Positions 22,720 through 34,963 of a stretch of DNA of 48,923 nt are shown piece by piece. The notes beneath the pieces were generated by a model that was given only the letters and a program-made list of their open reading frames with translations, made no database searches and was not told the origin of the DNA. Origin of the DNA: Atractiella rhizophila (lineage: Eukaryota); NCBI GenBank assembly GCA_021432655.1, contig MU271533.1:1-48923 (forward strand), in the 5' to 3' direction. Both the position numbers and the translations under genes were made by a program. Position 1 is the first letter of the stretch, and the number at the start of each line of letters is the position of its first letter.

Positions 22720-23943
22720 TTAAAAAACAAACACCTGGTCCTCCATCTTACTGATAGTCTTAGCCTTGGGGAATCCGATATCCTCAAGGTGCTTCTTCAT
22801 GGCAGACATCATCGGAGGGGGACCTAAAACCAGTTACTCAATACGTCTTGCCGCAACAGCTTGGAAAGGAGGACTGACCGCAGAGAAGGACCTTGACTCC
22901 TTCAGTCGAAGGAGATGAGATGTGCTTCTCAATCATTGTACGAGAAACGAATCCAACACCGCCTTCCCACTTTTCAGGCGGGTTGTTAAGGACGTAGTAG
23001 ACCTATCCGAAACCTTTAATAAGAGATTTCCACGGCAGAGGTGAGGAACGCATACGTTGAACCGCTCAGGATGTGTCTCGACCAAATTGTCCAAGTCTTG
23101 TCTGAGCAGGATATCCTCCGAATTGACGTTTGCATAGATGAGAGAAACCTTTGTTTTGTCTTTCGGGTTCTTGAGGATAGCACGAATGATTTGCTATGCA
23201 AGAGGTCATAATCAGCGGTCGTGAGAAGGGGTAAACTGGCTGGCTGGCTTACAAGCATCGGGGTGATACCTGTCCCGCCGGCTATCATTCCTATCTCGTT
23301 CGCGTAACCCGGTGCATATTTCATTTGTCCCTTCGGCCCTTTCATTTCGACATATTCCCCAACCTTGAGCTGTGAAACGTATTTCGAAATGTTTCCCTGA
23401 GGATAGCTCTGTGAAACATAACATTGGTGTCAGCATTGATCCCTGAATGAGCTTGTCTCAAAATGTATGGTTTAGCTCTTTATTCCAGCTCATACTTTTG
23501 AAGCACAAGGCGTAGAAGCAGCCCAAAATAATATTTACGAAAGGCGCACCTTGATCATGAAGTCTACGTAACCCTTGTCATCATCGCTGCTGATAGGCGT
23601 GTAACTCCTCATAATATCCTTCCCTCCAATCTTTCCCCTGATTTGAATATGTTGTCCAATGGGTAATCCAAGCACGGAAGTGTCCTTTTTCAGCGCAAAA
23701 CGGTAAATGGCCGTGTTGGGCGAAATGGTTATTATCTTCTGCAGGGGGTACTTGAGCCATTCCGTGCTGGACAGCGACGGCGGAACTGCACGACACGAAG
23801 CATCAGCAAAGGCGGTGAGCTGGGAAGAAGGATATACCTTCGCTCTTCCTATTGTACCACCAGAGAAAGAGTGAGGTAATTGACATGCCCAAGACGAGGG
23901 AGATGATTTGGGCGAAGGCGCCTGGTCCTTCTTCGGCTGTCAT
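22720..23943 (-). CDS. CBR1: NADH-cytochrome b5 reductase; spliced
   Basis: N-terminal TM anchor, [71 protein letters not shown]-terminal DQVFVF. Confidence 0.96.
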
Positions 23944-24245
23944 TTTGGTGGCCTAGTGCTCTCTAAAGGTCTATAAATGTGTGGTATTCCTCCTATATGA
24001 ACCTCTTCCTGCGCTGAACCAGGCTGCACCTCAACTTTTGAACCCCAACAAGCGTTCCGCGCCAAAATTCTTTTGGCGGACGTGGAAGCGCGGAATGTTA
24101 CCGACGGCCATCCGACGCATTCAGCTGCCTTCGGCATTCGGCATTGTCGAAAAAGGAAACACCTCCCGCTCGCCACTTTGACCAACTTTTCAACGCGACT
24201 GAGATTCTGAAACTGGACTTAGACTCTGATAACCACTGTATCGGA

Positions 24246-24585
24246 ATGAAACCCTCTCTCCCTCGTCTTCGTTCTCTCCCGCTCTTTCTACCAGCGACAG
24301 CGTGGCTTCCAATCGCCAGCTCCACCATCGCTTCCTCCTGAAGAACAAAAGGAATTCGAGCGTCTACAACGTTTAGCGAACCAGTCGTTATCTTCTCAAC
24401 CTTCACAGACGAGCGCAGAGGAGACGCATCCTGACTTCTACAAGAAGCCGAAACCCGAGTTCGATGGCGAAACGAATCCGAATACGGGAGAGGTTGGGGG
24501 ACCGAAGAATGAGCCGGTGAAGAGGTGGGTCGATGGAGAGGGAGGAGGAGAGTGGAGCTTTGGTGGGAAAGTCAGCGACTTTTAG
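24246..24585 (+). CDS. SDH8: Succinate dehydrogenase assembly factor 4 (Sdh8/DUF1674); start unresolved, missing from the ORF track
   Basis: The frame from 24250 reads ...PAPPSLPPEEQKEFERL...PEFDGETNPNTGEVGGPKNEPVKRW..GEWSFGGKVSDF*, the typical SDHAF4 C-terminus. Confidence 0.9.
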
Positions 24586-25031
24586 TCCGCATCGGTGCGT
24601 TTTCCCGCGTCTTATCATTGGACCTGGAAGTCGACGGCTACGGGCTGGATAGCCTATTCAGCACGAGTTCTCCCTTGTTGCGCACCGTAAATTATTGCCA
24701 TGTTTACGCATTCATTTGGGCCGTTTCTACGTAAAAACAAGTTCTGTCCGGATCGTGATGTCAGGTTCTTGACAGGACTCTCCTGCATCGACAATTACAA
24801 TTTGGAGCAACCAAACAGCTTCATTCACAGCAGTAAGCCGTGTCGATGGTCTTGCGAAAGCAAGGACTGAAACCAGCAGTTTACGCGACAAGTAAGAATC
24901 GCTCCTAAAATGAATCTGTGCGAAATCTATTCTGCAGCAAGTCTGGGAGGAAAGCAATGAGAGGGAACTATATCATTACTTCAAGATGTGATCAGATTCA
25001 CAACATTAGAAGGCTTTCAATGGCTTTCACA

Positions 25032-26368
25032 TTAGTACATAAGGTTGCCGACAGCAGATGGGCCTCCCGCATCGGTGTACCTGTTTTTCCTGTTAAGAAA
25101 GAAAGGAGGATGGCGAAACTGGAGACTCACAGGCAAGAGCCGGTGCCTACGAAGTCGGCAGCGCCGTTGCCGTTGGCGCGGAGGAGAGAGGGGGAGGTAG
25201 CGACCTGTTATGCATCAGCGCTTACCACTAGCAGTGAGAGGGAAGACGAACGAAGGGGAAGTAGAGCTATTTCCAACCACACAGCAGTGAGACCTCCTTG
25301 TTGGTGATGATGACATGAAGGAGAAAGACGCACGATAACCCAAGACTGTGAATCAAGCCAGGCAAAGGCTTGTCTGAAGAAATCCACCTGTGCTGCTTGT
25401 CCCCCGGAAGGATTTTGTAAAGCGAACTCAGAAATGATCACTCCGTATTGCGGGAAGCGGTTGTGTGCGTTCGTGACATGTGCTTGGAATTGGGCGAAGT
25501 TTTGGCCTTTCCAAAAGATGTCAGTTATTGTATATTCTGATAGATCACGAGGGATATGCTCACCATACCAGTGCTGTGCACATCATCACCATATTCAACA
25601 TTATCACCGCTGAGGAATGGGATGCTTTACCAAGTTGATGTAATCAGCATAGCAGCCGCCAGCACAGGCGTTCACCATCTGTTGAAGCCAGTCCAGTCCG
25701 CGACCTGCTGATGTGTCGCTCGTGATTGCAGGGAGGGCCTTCTTGATGGCTTTACCCCATCCCAAAGATATCAGGAAAACGCCAGGAGGAGTTGTGGGAG
25801 ACTGAAGTATGTGACGTACAAAGGGGATTGATGTTGGTCTTGTACCAGTTGGCGGTGTCGGCGGGCGAGTGATATGTCGCTGGATGGTCGGGCTCGTTGA
25901 CAGAGAAGACAGCTGAGTTGAAAGAAGCAGAGGTCAGGATCCGTTGGCACCACTTTGGGTCGAATGAAAGGAGACGCACTCGACCATCCGTATTGCCTCC
26001 ATCGGTTCTGCAGCTGGTTCAAAGGACTAGATTGACAGTCCCAACAACCTTGCATGCCGATCCATCCGTACCCTCCCAGGTTGTTTTTGAACGTTGGTGG
26101 TGGGTAGGTTTCCTGCATGAAAGTGTCACCTGAATTGTCAAGAAGCAGCGAGGAAAGAAAGACGGACCCAGTCGTAGATCGCTACAACTTGGCCTTGACC
26201 GTTGTTCAAGACTCCAGGGTCGAGTGGTTGGTTGTCTATAAACCTTTCAGACTTGTGTACTGGTTTCAGGGTTCAGGGACAAGACTTACACCATGGCCAG
26301 GCAACACCCCTCTTTCCCGCCTGAACGGCAGAAGCAGCCAAAAGCGCAGACAGAACAAAAGAGATCAT
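25032..26368 (-). CDS. Secreted glycoside hydrolase family 128 (Asl1-like beta-1,3-glucanase); ~9 exons including micro-exons
   Basis: Signal peptide plus GKRGVAWPW, YDW, FSVNEPD (acid/base Glu), GLDWL, HWYG, IISEFA (nucleophile Glu), YFPF, ending PSAVGNLMY*. Confidence 0.9.
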
Positions 26369-27887
26369 TATGTTGGGATCACCGAGCTTCGACTGCGAGT
26401 AATGGGAAGATAAAGAGGATCTGCGAAGCCTGCCTTTTGTACTCTTAAGGTACCACACACTTCACCCCACCTTATACACCTTGGAAGTAAATGTCCTCGA
26501 GTCCTGCTGCGGCTAAGGACGGAAGTCGTGCTTCTTGGGGCACCTTGGTCTTTCCATCGTCTTTTTCTTCTGCGGTGAACATAAAACAACATCCCGTCCT
26601 CATCCACGGGAGTGCAAAGAGGAATGGCATGCCTGCGATCAGCGGGCTGATGGAGAAACGTAAACGCATGAATGGGGCATGTCAGCGTGTCAAGACACGT
26701 TGATGCGGCAACCAAACGTCCAAAGCGAGCGCCGAGTGACAAGAAAGAGATGGCGAGGATGAACCAAGGTAATCCAGAACCTAACCAGTTATCCCGCATA
26801 TCCGAGGACTGAGCGAAATTTTGAGAAACGTCGCAAGGTGTAGCATGGTGAAGAAGTAGACACTTTAGACATCGCGTCCTTGTCGAGAAAGGTATGGATG
26901 CCAGTGGTGTACAGGGAGAAACGTTGGCGTCTGTCTTCGTGTCTTCCACTGATTTTTCCGAAGTTTTTTTGTTGTTCTTTCTTTCAGTAACATGTTACTC
27001 ATTCGGTGTTGGCCCGGGCAAGAGTGAAAGCAGCTCAGTTAGCAAGGCATATATCGAGAGAATTGTGTTTCAGAGCAGTCTGTGCCTTCTAAGCACTCCT
27101 GGCATAGGTTGCCTCTAGAACTAAGCATTCAAAAGTCCAAACAAGCAGTGGTCATAAAACATTGCTTCGCCATAGAGAAGCGGAAGTGGCACGGAAGAAG
27201 ACGCAAGGAGATGAAAGGAGAAACTCAGACGGCATTACTATAGAACTTGAATGTAGGGGAATGATTGGATAGCTGTTTCGAAGCAAACATAGTTTTGCTT
27301 GTCAGCGAGTGACAGCTATTCCAGTAATCACAAAGTCTTAATGGATGATACAATCCATAAATTACAACATTCTATGCTGTTCCCAGCCTAGAACATTACA
27401 TTCCATTTCTCGGCAAGTGTATTGTTGTCGTCGGAAGAACCACGTGAGTGTACGTCAGCCGTTGCTGCGCTGTCGGTGGGAGATCTTCTTGGACAGCGAG
27501 TGCATGTTAGCAGAAATATCGTTAGATAGCTACTAAGTAGGCTTCTCTAAGAGGTGAGTTGCTCGGTGCATTGCTTGGGTGTTGTTGCGTGGCTGTAGTG
27601 TAATCTGGAGAACAACTTCCGCAGATGGGAGGGAGTCGAACGGGACTCTCTAGAAGTTCCCACGAGAGCTTTACTGGCCTACACTGATGCAATGTACCCC
27701 ACGTCCATGTAATAGCTGATATCAGCGTTTATACTGCTACGGTGAAAAGCAGGTGCCGTCGTCCCAGATGTGCCTTGTGGCAATGTTTATGCCGTCCGAG
27801 TTTGCTCACCTATGATCTACTCTAGTCTTTCTCCGTGTCTCTTTCACGCACCCATTACATCTATTGACTCTCAAATTTCCAGGCATC

Positions 27888-30663
27888 ATGGACCCAAGCA
27901 AGCTCAAACTCTCGAGCTACTCGAGCTCGCTCCCCGCCGCGGGTGCGCTCTCCACCGCCAAAATGTCCTTCTTCACTTCCGGCAGTTCCAAGAAGTCGAA
28001 ACACGAGAGGGAGAAGGAAGCGGCTGAAAAGAAGCGGAGGGAGGAGGAGGAAGCGGCTGCGGAAGCATACAAGGACTTTCTGCAAGCGTTTGAGGGAGAC
28101 GGTGAGGAAGGACCGATGGCGGCGAGCGGTAAGGTTAAAGGAAGGGGATTTGTGAGGGCTGGTGGAGAGAGATATGAGGGGACGAGAAATGTTGGTGCTG
28201 GGATGGGAGGGATGTTTGGTGAGGAAGAAGAGGAGGTAAGTCTCCCTTTTTTATCTTTGTTTGAGTGGATGGTGAGCTTGATTGTGTGGGTGCACAAGAT
28301 TGCAAAGCCAGTGAGAAGAGGGCCACCAACTGGACCCTCCAGGGAGAGGGAGAGGGAACTGGAACGCGAACGAGATAGAGAGAGAAAAAAAGAGAGGGAA
28401 AGGGAAAGGGAACGTGAAGCTGCAGCCGCCCTTGCTGGGAAGAAGGCAAGCACCATGAGTTCTTTTCTAGCTGAATTGAAGAGGTGCGTCATTCATTCCC
28501 CTTCATTATCACGCATTCTGAGCGATTGTTTACGCGCAAGCAGAGATTCAGCGGACAGGGATCGGTATGCCAAAAGAACGGCACCAACTAGTACGCTTCC
28601 CCTTCATCCTCTCTTTGCTGTTAAGCTGTTTCAAGGCTACGAACGCCCGACCACAATGGGAAGCCACGATATGGGAGATCCATCGACGACAAATATTCAT
28701 GTTGGGAACTTACCCACCACCATAACCGAACAAGCTCTTGGTTTCTTCTTCTGTCAGTACGGTGCAATTGGGTCACTGAAAATCATGTGGCCACGCGAAC
28801 CGGTGTGTTTGTTTACCCACCCACCACGTCATCAAGAAGAGTTTTGTTGAATAAGCGATAGGGACCTTCGCGGAATTTGGGAGGATTCGTAGCTTTCATG
28901 AAGAGAACGGATGCGGATCTAGCGCTCAGGAAAGCGGATGGAGCGGATTTGATGGGGAATAAGTTGAGGTGTGGATGGGGAAAGGCGGTCAATCTGCCGC
29001 CAAAGTGTATAATCGGTGTGTATTCTTGTTTCCTTGTAGAAGCAGGTACTGAAAGGCTGTTGCAGAGAGCAGAAAAGAAGAGAGAGAGGAAAGGGGTCGA
29101 AGCAAGGATAGAAACGTTGGTTCATTCATCGCATGCTTCAGATATGGAGACCTGACAGTCTGCATTCAGAGGACGAGCCGGAAGCGTAAGAGTTCCTACG
29201 ATTCTAGAAGTCGTTCTCGCGATCGTGATCGTGATCGCTCTCGATCTTATTCGCCAACTCGCTCACGTTCACGATCGCGCTCCCGAGGACGCGCGCCACA
29301 TTCTTCCAAGAGAGCCCGCTACTCATCTCGCTCTCGATCATACTCTTGTTCTCGCTCCCACTCTCGCGGTAGATCGCCATCGTACTCTCCTCGTTCTCGC
29401 TCCTACGCTCCCTCCCGCTCCCGTTCACGTTCGCGCTCTCGTTCTCGTTCTCGTTCGAGAGATAGACGTCTATGGCCGAAATTGGATCCAGCTGAGGAAG
29501 ACATTGTCCGTATCGTCGCAAGAAAGGTGAAGGAACAAGGATCGCGGTCTGAAGATGCGATCAAGGAGCGTGAAAGAGATAATCCCTCATATGCCTTCCT
29601 ACGGGACAAGTCTAGCAAAGGTTACATCTACCTGCGAATGCTTTTGGATGACCGATGGAGGTGTGCGACGCCAGATATGTGGTTTGATGATGACGGCGCC
29701 AACAGTACATACAGCACTGACAGTGCAGAAGAAAGTGAAGATGAGCGAATGAAAGATAGGAGGCGGGGAAAGTTGGGGAAGCTGGGGAGGCAAAGGTTTG
29801 AAAGTATGCTTAGAGGGATCACGAATACGCGAGAGAAGGTTGCGAGGTGTATGGCTTTTGCTATCAGACATGCTGACGCGTGTGACGAAGTATGTCATAT
29901 CAGTCTATGATGCACGGGAAAAATTGATTCATCTTGTCAGGTTGTGGATATTCTCATCAAATCACTTACAATTCCATCGACACCAATTCCTCGAAAGATT
30001 GCACGGCTTCACGTCATCTCTGACATTTTGCACAATTCCTCCGCGTCGATCCAAAACGTCTGGCGATTCAGAAGTGCTTTTGAATCTCGCCTCCAAGTTG
30101 TATTCGACCACCTGAACCTAATTTACCGCTCGTTCCCGTCCCGTCTCAAAGCAGAAGCGTTCAGGATGCGCATCATGGGTTGCGTCGGCGAATGGGACAA
30201 GTGGCTTGCCTTCACCCCAGGAAGGATTGAGGAATGGGAGGCCCGACTTTTAACCAAAGGGAATGGAGAGATCATTCAAATTGTGGAGGGACCCGATTTA
30301 TCGCATGAGCCAACGAGAGATCATTCCAGAGGAGCCGCCCACATTTCAGCCGTACCCTCAGTCACCGCCGTGAAAAGCAATCCTATTATTGGACGTCTCG
30401 ATGGAACAGTAATGGAAGATGACATGGACGGTGCACCTATGCCAGTCGAAGGAGAAGTTGATGGCGCGCTTGTGAACCAAAACCTTGACGGAGCGGCGAT
30501 GGATGAAGATGTAGACGGAGCCCCAATGGATGACGACATAGATGGAGCCCCAATGGAGGATGATGTAGACGGAGCCCCAATGGAAGAAGACGTTGACGGA
30601 GCTTTAATGGAAGAAGAAGTCGATGGCGCGCCAATGCAGGACGGTGCCAATATGTTTGAATAG
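27888..30663 (+). CDS. U2SURP: U2 snRNP-associated SURP motif protein (SR140-like): RRM, RS tract, SURP, CID; spliced
   Basis: GSHDMGDPSTTNIHVGNLP..YGAIGSLKIMWPR, GFVAFMKR..LRCGWGK, ERDNPSYAFL, MAFAIRHADA, KIARLHVISDILHNS, DxDGAPM repeats. Confidence 0.93.
30411..30650 (+). repeat. Coding 24-bp tandem repeat encoding (M-D/E-D/E-D-V-D-G-A-P)n
   Basis: About 8-9 copies of atgga(a/t/g)ga.ga.gtagacggagcccca in the last exon of the SR140-like gene. Confidence 0.9.
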
Positions 30664-31006
30664 TTCCTTCAATGCCTGAAAGGAATGCATTACTTATCAA
30701 CTGGGAGAACTTTTCACTCGCCAATCTTTGCAACACTTGAAACGTAGAGAAAGGAGGTTCCAACGCCCCTAATCCCTGTTGTGCGTTTAACACGGCGACA
30801 GTGTCCTTATACATTCGGATGGCGCACGGGTGAAGCTTACGTGCACAATACCTCCTGTCCGAGCGGAGCGGATGGCGGTCACGATCAAATGCTTCTGTCA
30901 GGAGTTGTATAAAGGGTACTCAGGAATGTCGACCCAGACAGGGACGTATACCGTTTAGTTAGCTCACTAAACATTGCGGTATCAAGGAGCAAAAGCTACT
31001 ATCACA

Positions 31007-31700
31007 ATGGCTTTGAACACTTCCGACACCATCACCTTCGAAGGTTTGTTATGACCTCGTAGTTCATAGACTGACCGTTATACAGAGTTTATTGCGTGTA
31101 CCGGGGCCATGACTGAGTGGGCAATGAGCTTTGACACAAAGGTAAGCGTCCCTGCTGGCATGCTGGCACCGCACGCCCATTGCTTACCTAAACACAAGGA
31201 CTGGAACCGATTGAGAAGTTGTATCGCTCCCAATATTCGAGTGTGCTGCATGATTCATGCGATAACAAGTTCTAACGTCGAAACAGATCGTGTACAAATT
31301 CCTAGATAAGCATTGGGATGCTCTCCCAGCCGAGGAGTACGTGGCGATGACGGCCAAACTGTTTGGAGATCAGAGACTTGCCACCCAACACTTGTTTGGG
31401 TCCAGCCGGTGGGAGAAGACTTCAGATGATTCCATAACAGGGTATCATCAGATTCGAGTAGCTCAGCAGAAGTACAAGGACAGCTCGAGGAAAGAGCTGG
31501 ACATCAAAGGTCAGTCGATGATTGATTGCTGCAACGCTTTTTTGCCTCACATGTTGGCGACAGGTCATGCGCATGGAGAGAACATTCACTGGTACAAAAA
31601 AGTGAACGGTGTTTGGAAGTTCGCTGGATGTCAGCCGGAAATATGGTGGGGTGAATACAATCTCGAAAAATTCTTCGCTTCCCTTTCCCTGACAGCATGA
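31007..31700 (+). CDS. Scytalone dehydratase-like protein (NTF2-like fold); spliced
   Basis: ITFE..EWAMSFDTKDWNRLRSCIAP..YKFLDKHWDALPAEEY..TQHLFGSSRWEK..GYHQIRVAQQKY..KGHAHGENIHWYKKVNGVWKFAG, colinear with fungal scytalone dehydratases. TATA-like tataaag at ~30908. Confidence 0.92.
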
Positions 31701-32069
31701 AGGCAAACAATGGGAACTCTTAATATTACAAGGAAGAATCGTATCCTAGTACAATCATGCACCGCTAACTAAAACACCAAACCATTCTGCCGTTCATGCA
31801 CGAATGTCCAAGGCATGAGCGGCCTGGAGCGGCCTGGAGAGGGATAGGCTCGGGGACCGCTCAGTGGGTCATGGTAGCTCTGAACAACGACAGTTGCTCC
31901 AATATTTGTTTCTTCAACGGCGAGGGGACTCCAAACATGGTTGGCTATCCGTTGTGTGCCGAGCTGTGGCTGCCTTGTGATATAAAGAGCGTGGAATTGT
32001 TCGTTTATTTCTGAAGCCTCCTTCCTTCTCAGACGTGCAAAGCTTTGGACCCATTTAGCAACAATCAAA

Positions 32070-32576
32070 ATGTCCCAGCGTCTCCTTTCAATCATCCTGT
32101 GCGGCAAAAAAGTGGCGATCGGCTCTCAAGTCATTGCTGGCTTGAAACCAGAGTACGAAGGTGAGTTGGTCTTTCTTCCTTCACAAGAATCTGACGAACC
32201 ACTACAAGTGATCGAATTTGTCACATCCGCCGAAGAAGGTTGTGTTGTCCTCCCCAAAATACTCCAGGGCCAAGGACATTTAGTCTCCACCAGCAATGGG
32301 CTCGGCACGCACAACTACTCTGTCGAACCACAAGGGATCATGCTTGGAGCAGGGTTTGAGGAAGCAGATGTGCAAAAGATGATGGATGCTTGCAAAGGAG
32401 AAGATATTAGGAGAGTGCTTTGGTTGAGAGCGCGGAGGCCAGAAAACGTGAATGAAAAGCTTGAACCTGGCACACCTGCATATATTCAAGCCTTTGTGGA
32501 ACGAGCGAAGGCATGTTTGCACCAGTTGAATGCGAATGGGAAGTTACGGAGCGCTGATGAAATCGTTTGGTTTTGA
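32070..32576 (+). CDS. Small conserved fungal protein of unknown function, tandem paralogue 1; intron 32161-32208
   Basis: IILCGK..IG..VIAGLKPEYE|VIEF..LP.IL.G...LGT.NYS..P..IMLGAGF..W.R..RAK.CL..L...VWF*; homologous to the next two genes. Confidence 0.85.
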   Translation: MSQRLLSIILCGKKVAIGSQVIAGLKPEYEGELVFLPSQESDEPLQVIEFVTSAEEGCVVLPKILQGQGHLVSTSNGLGTHNYSVEPQGIMLGAGFEEADVQKMMDACKGEDIRRVLWLRARRPENVNEKLEPGTPAYIQAFVERAKACLHQLNANGKLRSADEIVWF

Positions 32577-33404
32577 TGGTATACCCAAAGGGAGCAACCG
32601 GCTTTTATGTAGCGTGGAATGTTCACGCGGACGAAGAGGAATTGATTCATTGGATTTTTTATCTCAAGACTCTGCTGTTTGAGTCTGCGAGGAACAGTGT
32701 TTACATCACTCGACCTGCTTCACGGGAGCCCTTGCTGCAGAGGCCCCGGGCGCAAAACCTGCAACAAGACCAAGTGAGGGGTGACGATTGCTGAGGAGTG
32801 AATTGTTAATGTCGCAATATCTTCTAGCGTATAACGCCCCCATGGACATCCGCAGCTGGTATTTTTTGAATCGTGCCGAAAAGGCGTTTCTCATCAAACG
32901 AACAGCAGCCAAAAAAAACTCCTCTTGAACGTTTGCAACGCACAAGCAACTCTTCTCTTTGCTCTCCTTGAACGATGCCGTGCCCAACGAACACCCGTGA
33001 ATGCCTGTATGGAGGCATGAGCGTCCCTTGCGGAGAGGAGGAGATTGGAACAACAACAACACGATGGAGGGCACACACCCTCCATCCTTGAGTGTGGGGA
33101 ATTATGCTCCAACTTTCCCATTCGCCTGCTTACGAGAGCAGGCAAAGTCGAACTCCCATATTTCCCGATGAATGTAAAATGATCGTGATGGCGTATTGTA
33201 GTTCATTCAACCTATATACAAACGGCTGGCAGTGTTATTTCACAGATGAGCCCAAAATAACACAATGCAATTATGAAAGCTGCCAGTTCAAGCTGAACCC
33301 CAGACTGTCTTCTGACATAAAAGAGCAGAGAATGGCTCGCCTCCTTCCAGTTGTTTGCTGAGCCCGTCTTTTTCAAACGCACAAACAGAGAAGCCAGCGT
33401 CAAA

Positions 33405-33917
33405 ATGACACACGGTCCAATTCCAATCGTTCTTTGTGGCAGAGCAGCTGTCATTGGCTCCAAAGTCATAGCTGGCTTGAAACCAGAGTACGAAGGCGAG
33501 TAGCTCTCTTGTTTTCTTCACTGAGGACCTGACTAGTCGCTCGCACAAGTGATCGAGTTCATCACATCCACAGAAGAAGGTTGTGTTGCCCTCCCTCAAA
33601 TCCTCCGAGGCCAAGGACATCTGGTCTCCTCCAGCAACGAGCTCGGTACACACAACTACTCCGTTGAACCACAAGCAATCATGTTTGGAGCCGGGTATGA
33701 GGACGAAGACGTGGAAAAATTGAGGGACGCTTGTAAAGGAGAGGGGATCAAGAGAGTGCCTTGGTTGAGAGCGAAGAAAATAGAAGATGTGACCACTGAA
33801 AAGATTGAGCCAGGGCCGGCATATGCTCAAGCTGTTCTGGGACGAGCGAAGGATTGTTTGAACAAGTTGAACGCGGAGGCGAAGTTGGGAAGCAATGATG
33901 AGACTGTTTGGTTTTGA
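33405..33917 (+). CDS. Small conserved fungal protein, tandem paralogue 2; GC-AG intron 33496-33549
   Basis: MTHGPIPIVLCGRAAVIGSKVIAGLKPEYE|VIEFITS...ETVWF*. Confidence 0.85.
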
Positions 33918-34448
33918 TTTATATTCGAGGACTTGAAACAGCAAACTTTTTGTGTTACAACATGGCCTTTGTATGAATGAAATGGAGTTGACGAGAGGAA
34001 AGAATGTTTCGTTTTCCTGATCAATCTGCATGGTTTCTAGACTTAATTCACCATGGCTTTCCTTCAGCTCCATACCTAGAGATCGGGAGCCAGTCGCGAC
34101 TTTTCTTTTTCAGGACACAGTTGCACGAACTTCGAATTACACCTCGGGAAGTTAACAGATAGCATCAGTCATGCTCTTGAACCACGAGGGTGTCCAACTG
34201 TCTAAGATGCCGTCTGTCCGACACGGCTCTCCAATGGCGCAACAACGATGCGCAGAATTGCACGTAACGTACCCTTCTTTCATCTCGTCGGGCCATTTTG
34301 ATATGTCATTTTGGTAAGCTGAGCAAGCCATGTCTTCTATGTACGTAGTAAACTGAATAAGCAATTGAATCACTGGTGGCTTCATAAGCTCATACCAGTG
34401 AGAATCCACGCAAATAGAATACTAAAGTCGATAACTGGCACTTCAACA

Positions 34449-34963
34449 ATGTCTCCAGGTCCAGTTTCTCTCATTCTCATTGGAAAAACAGCTGCCATTG
34501 CTGCCAAAGTGGTAGCAGGTTTGAAACCGGAATACGAAGGTACATAAATTCGCTTCTCAATATACAGACAGTGGATGACGTTGAAAAAACAGTGCTCCAT
34601 GTCATCTTGTCCATCGACGAAGGTGTAGCTGCCATCCCCCAAATTCTTCGAGGAAATGCACATCTCATAACCTTAAACAACGAGCTTGGGACGGCGAATC
34701 ACTCCGTCGAACCGCAAGCAGTACTGTTAGGAGCCATATACCCAGATGAGGAGGTGAAAAGACTCAGAGATGCATGCCACATAGATGGAGGAAAACAAGT
34801 TCCTTCGTTGCGGGTAAAGAGGATAGAGGATCTAACAGCAGAAGATGTCAAGCCTGATTCTCCGGATTATCCTCGAGCCGTTCTGAAGCGCGCAAAGGAT
34901 TGTTTAGATAAGATGAGTGCTGAAGGGAGACTAGGTGATAATGACGAGACGGTTTGGTTTTGA
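34449..34963 (+). CDS. Small conserved fungal protein, tandem paralogue 3; intron ~34540-34591
   Basis: MSPGPVSLILIGKTAAIAAKVVAGLKPEYE|VLHVILS...ETVWF*. Confidence 0.85.

Noticed and set aside
23409..23549. ~140 nt CBR1 intron with an atgagct/agctcat stem as a possible snoRNA
   Set aside because: No convincing C/D or H/ACA box arrangement.
26400..27880. ORFs in the long GH128/SR140 divergent intergenic region
   Set aside because: No recognisable motifs or consistent splice structure; treated as promoter or UTR sequence.
27917..30814. Long alternative-frame and antisense ORFs over the SR140-like gene
   Set aside because: By-products of low-complexity RE/RS/DGAPM coding repeats.
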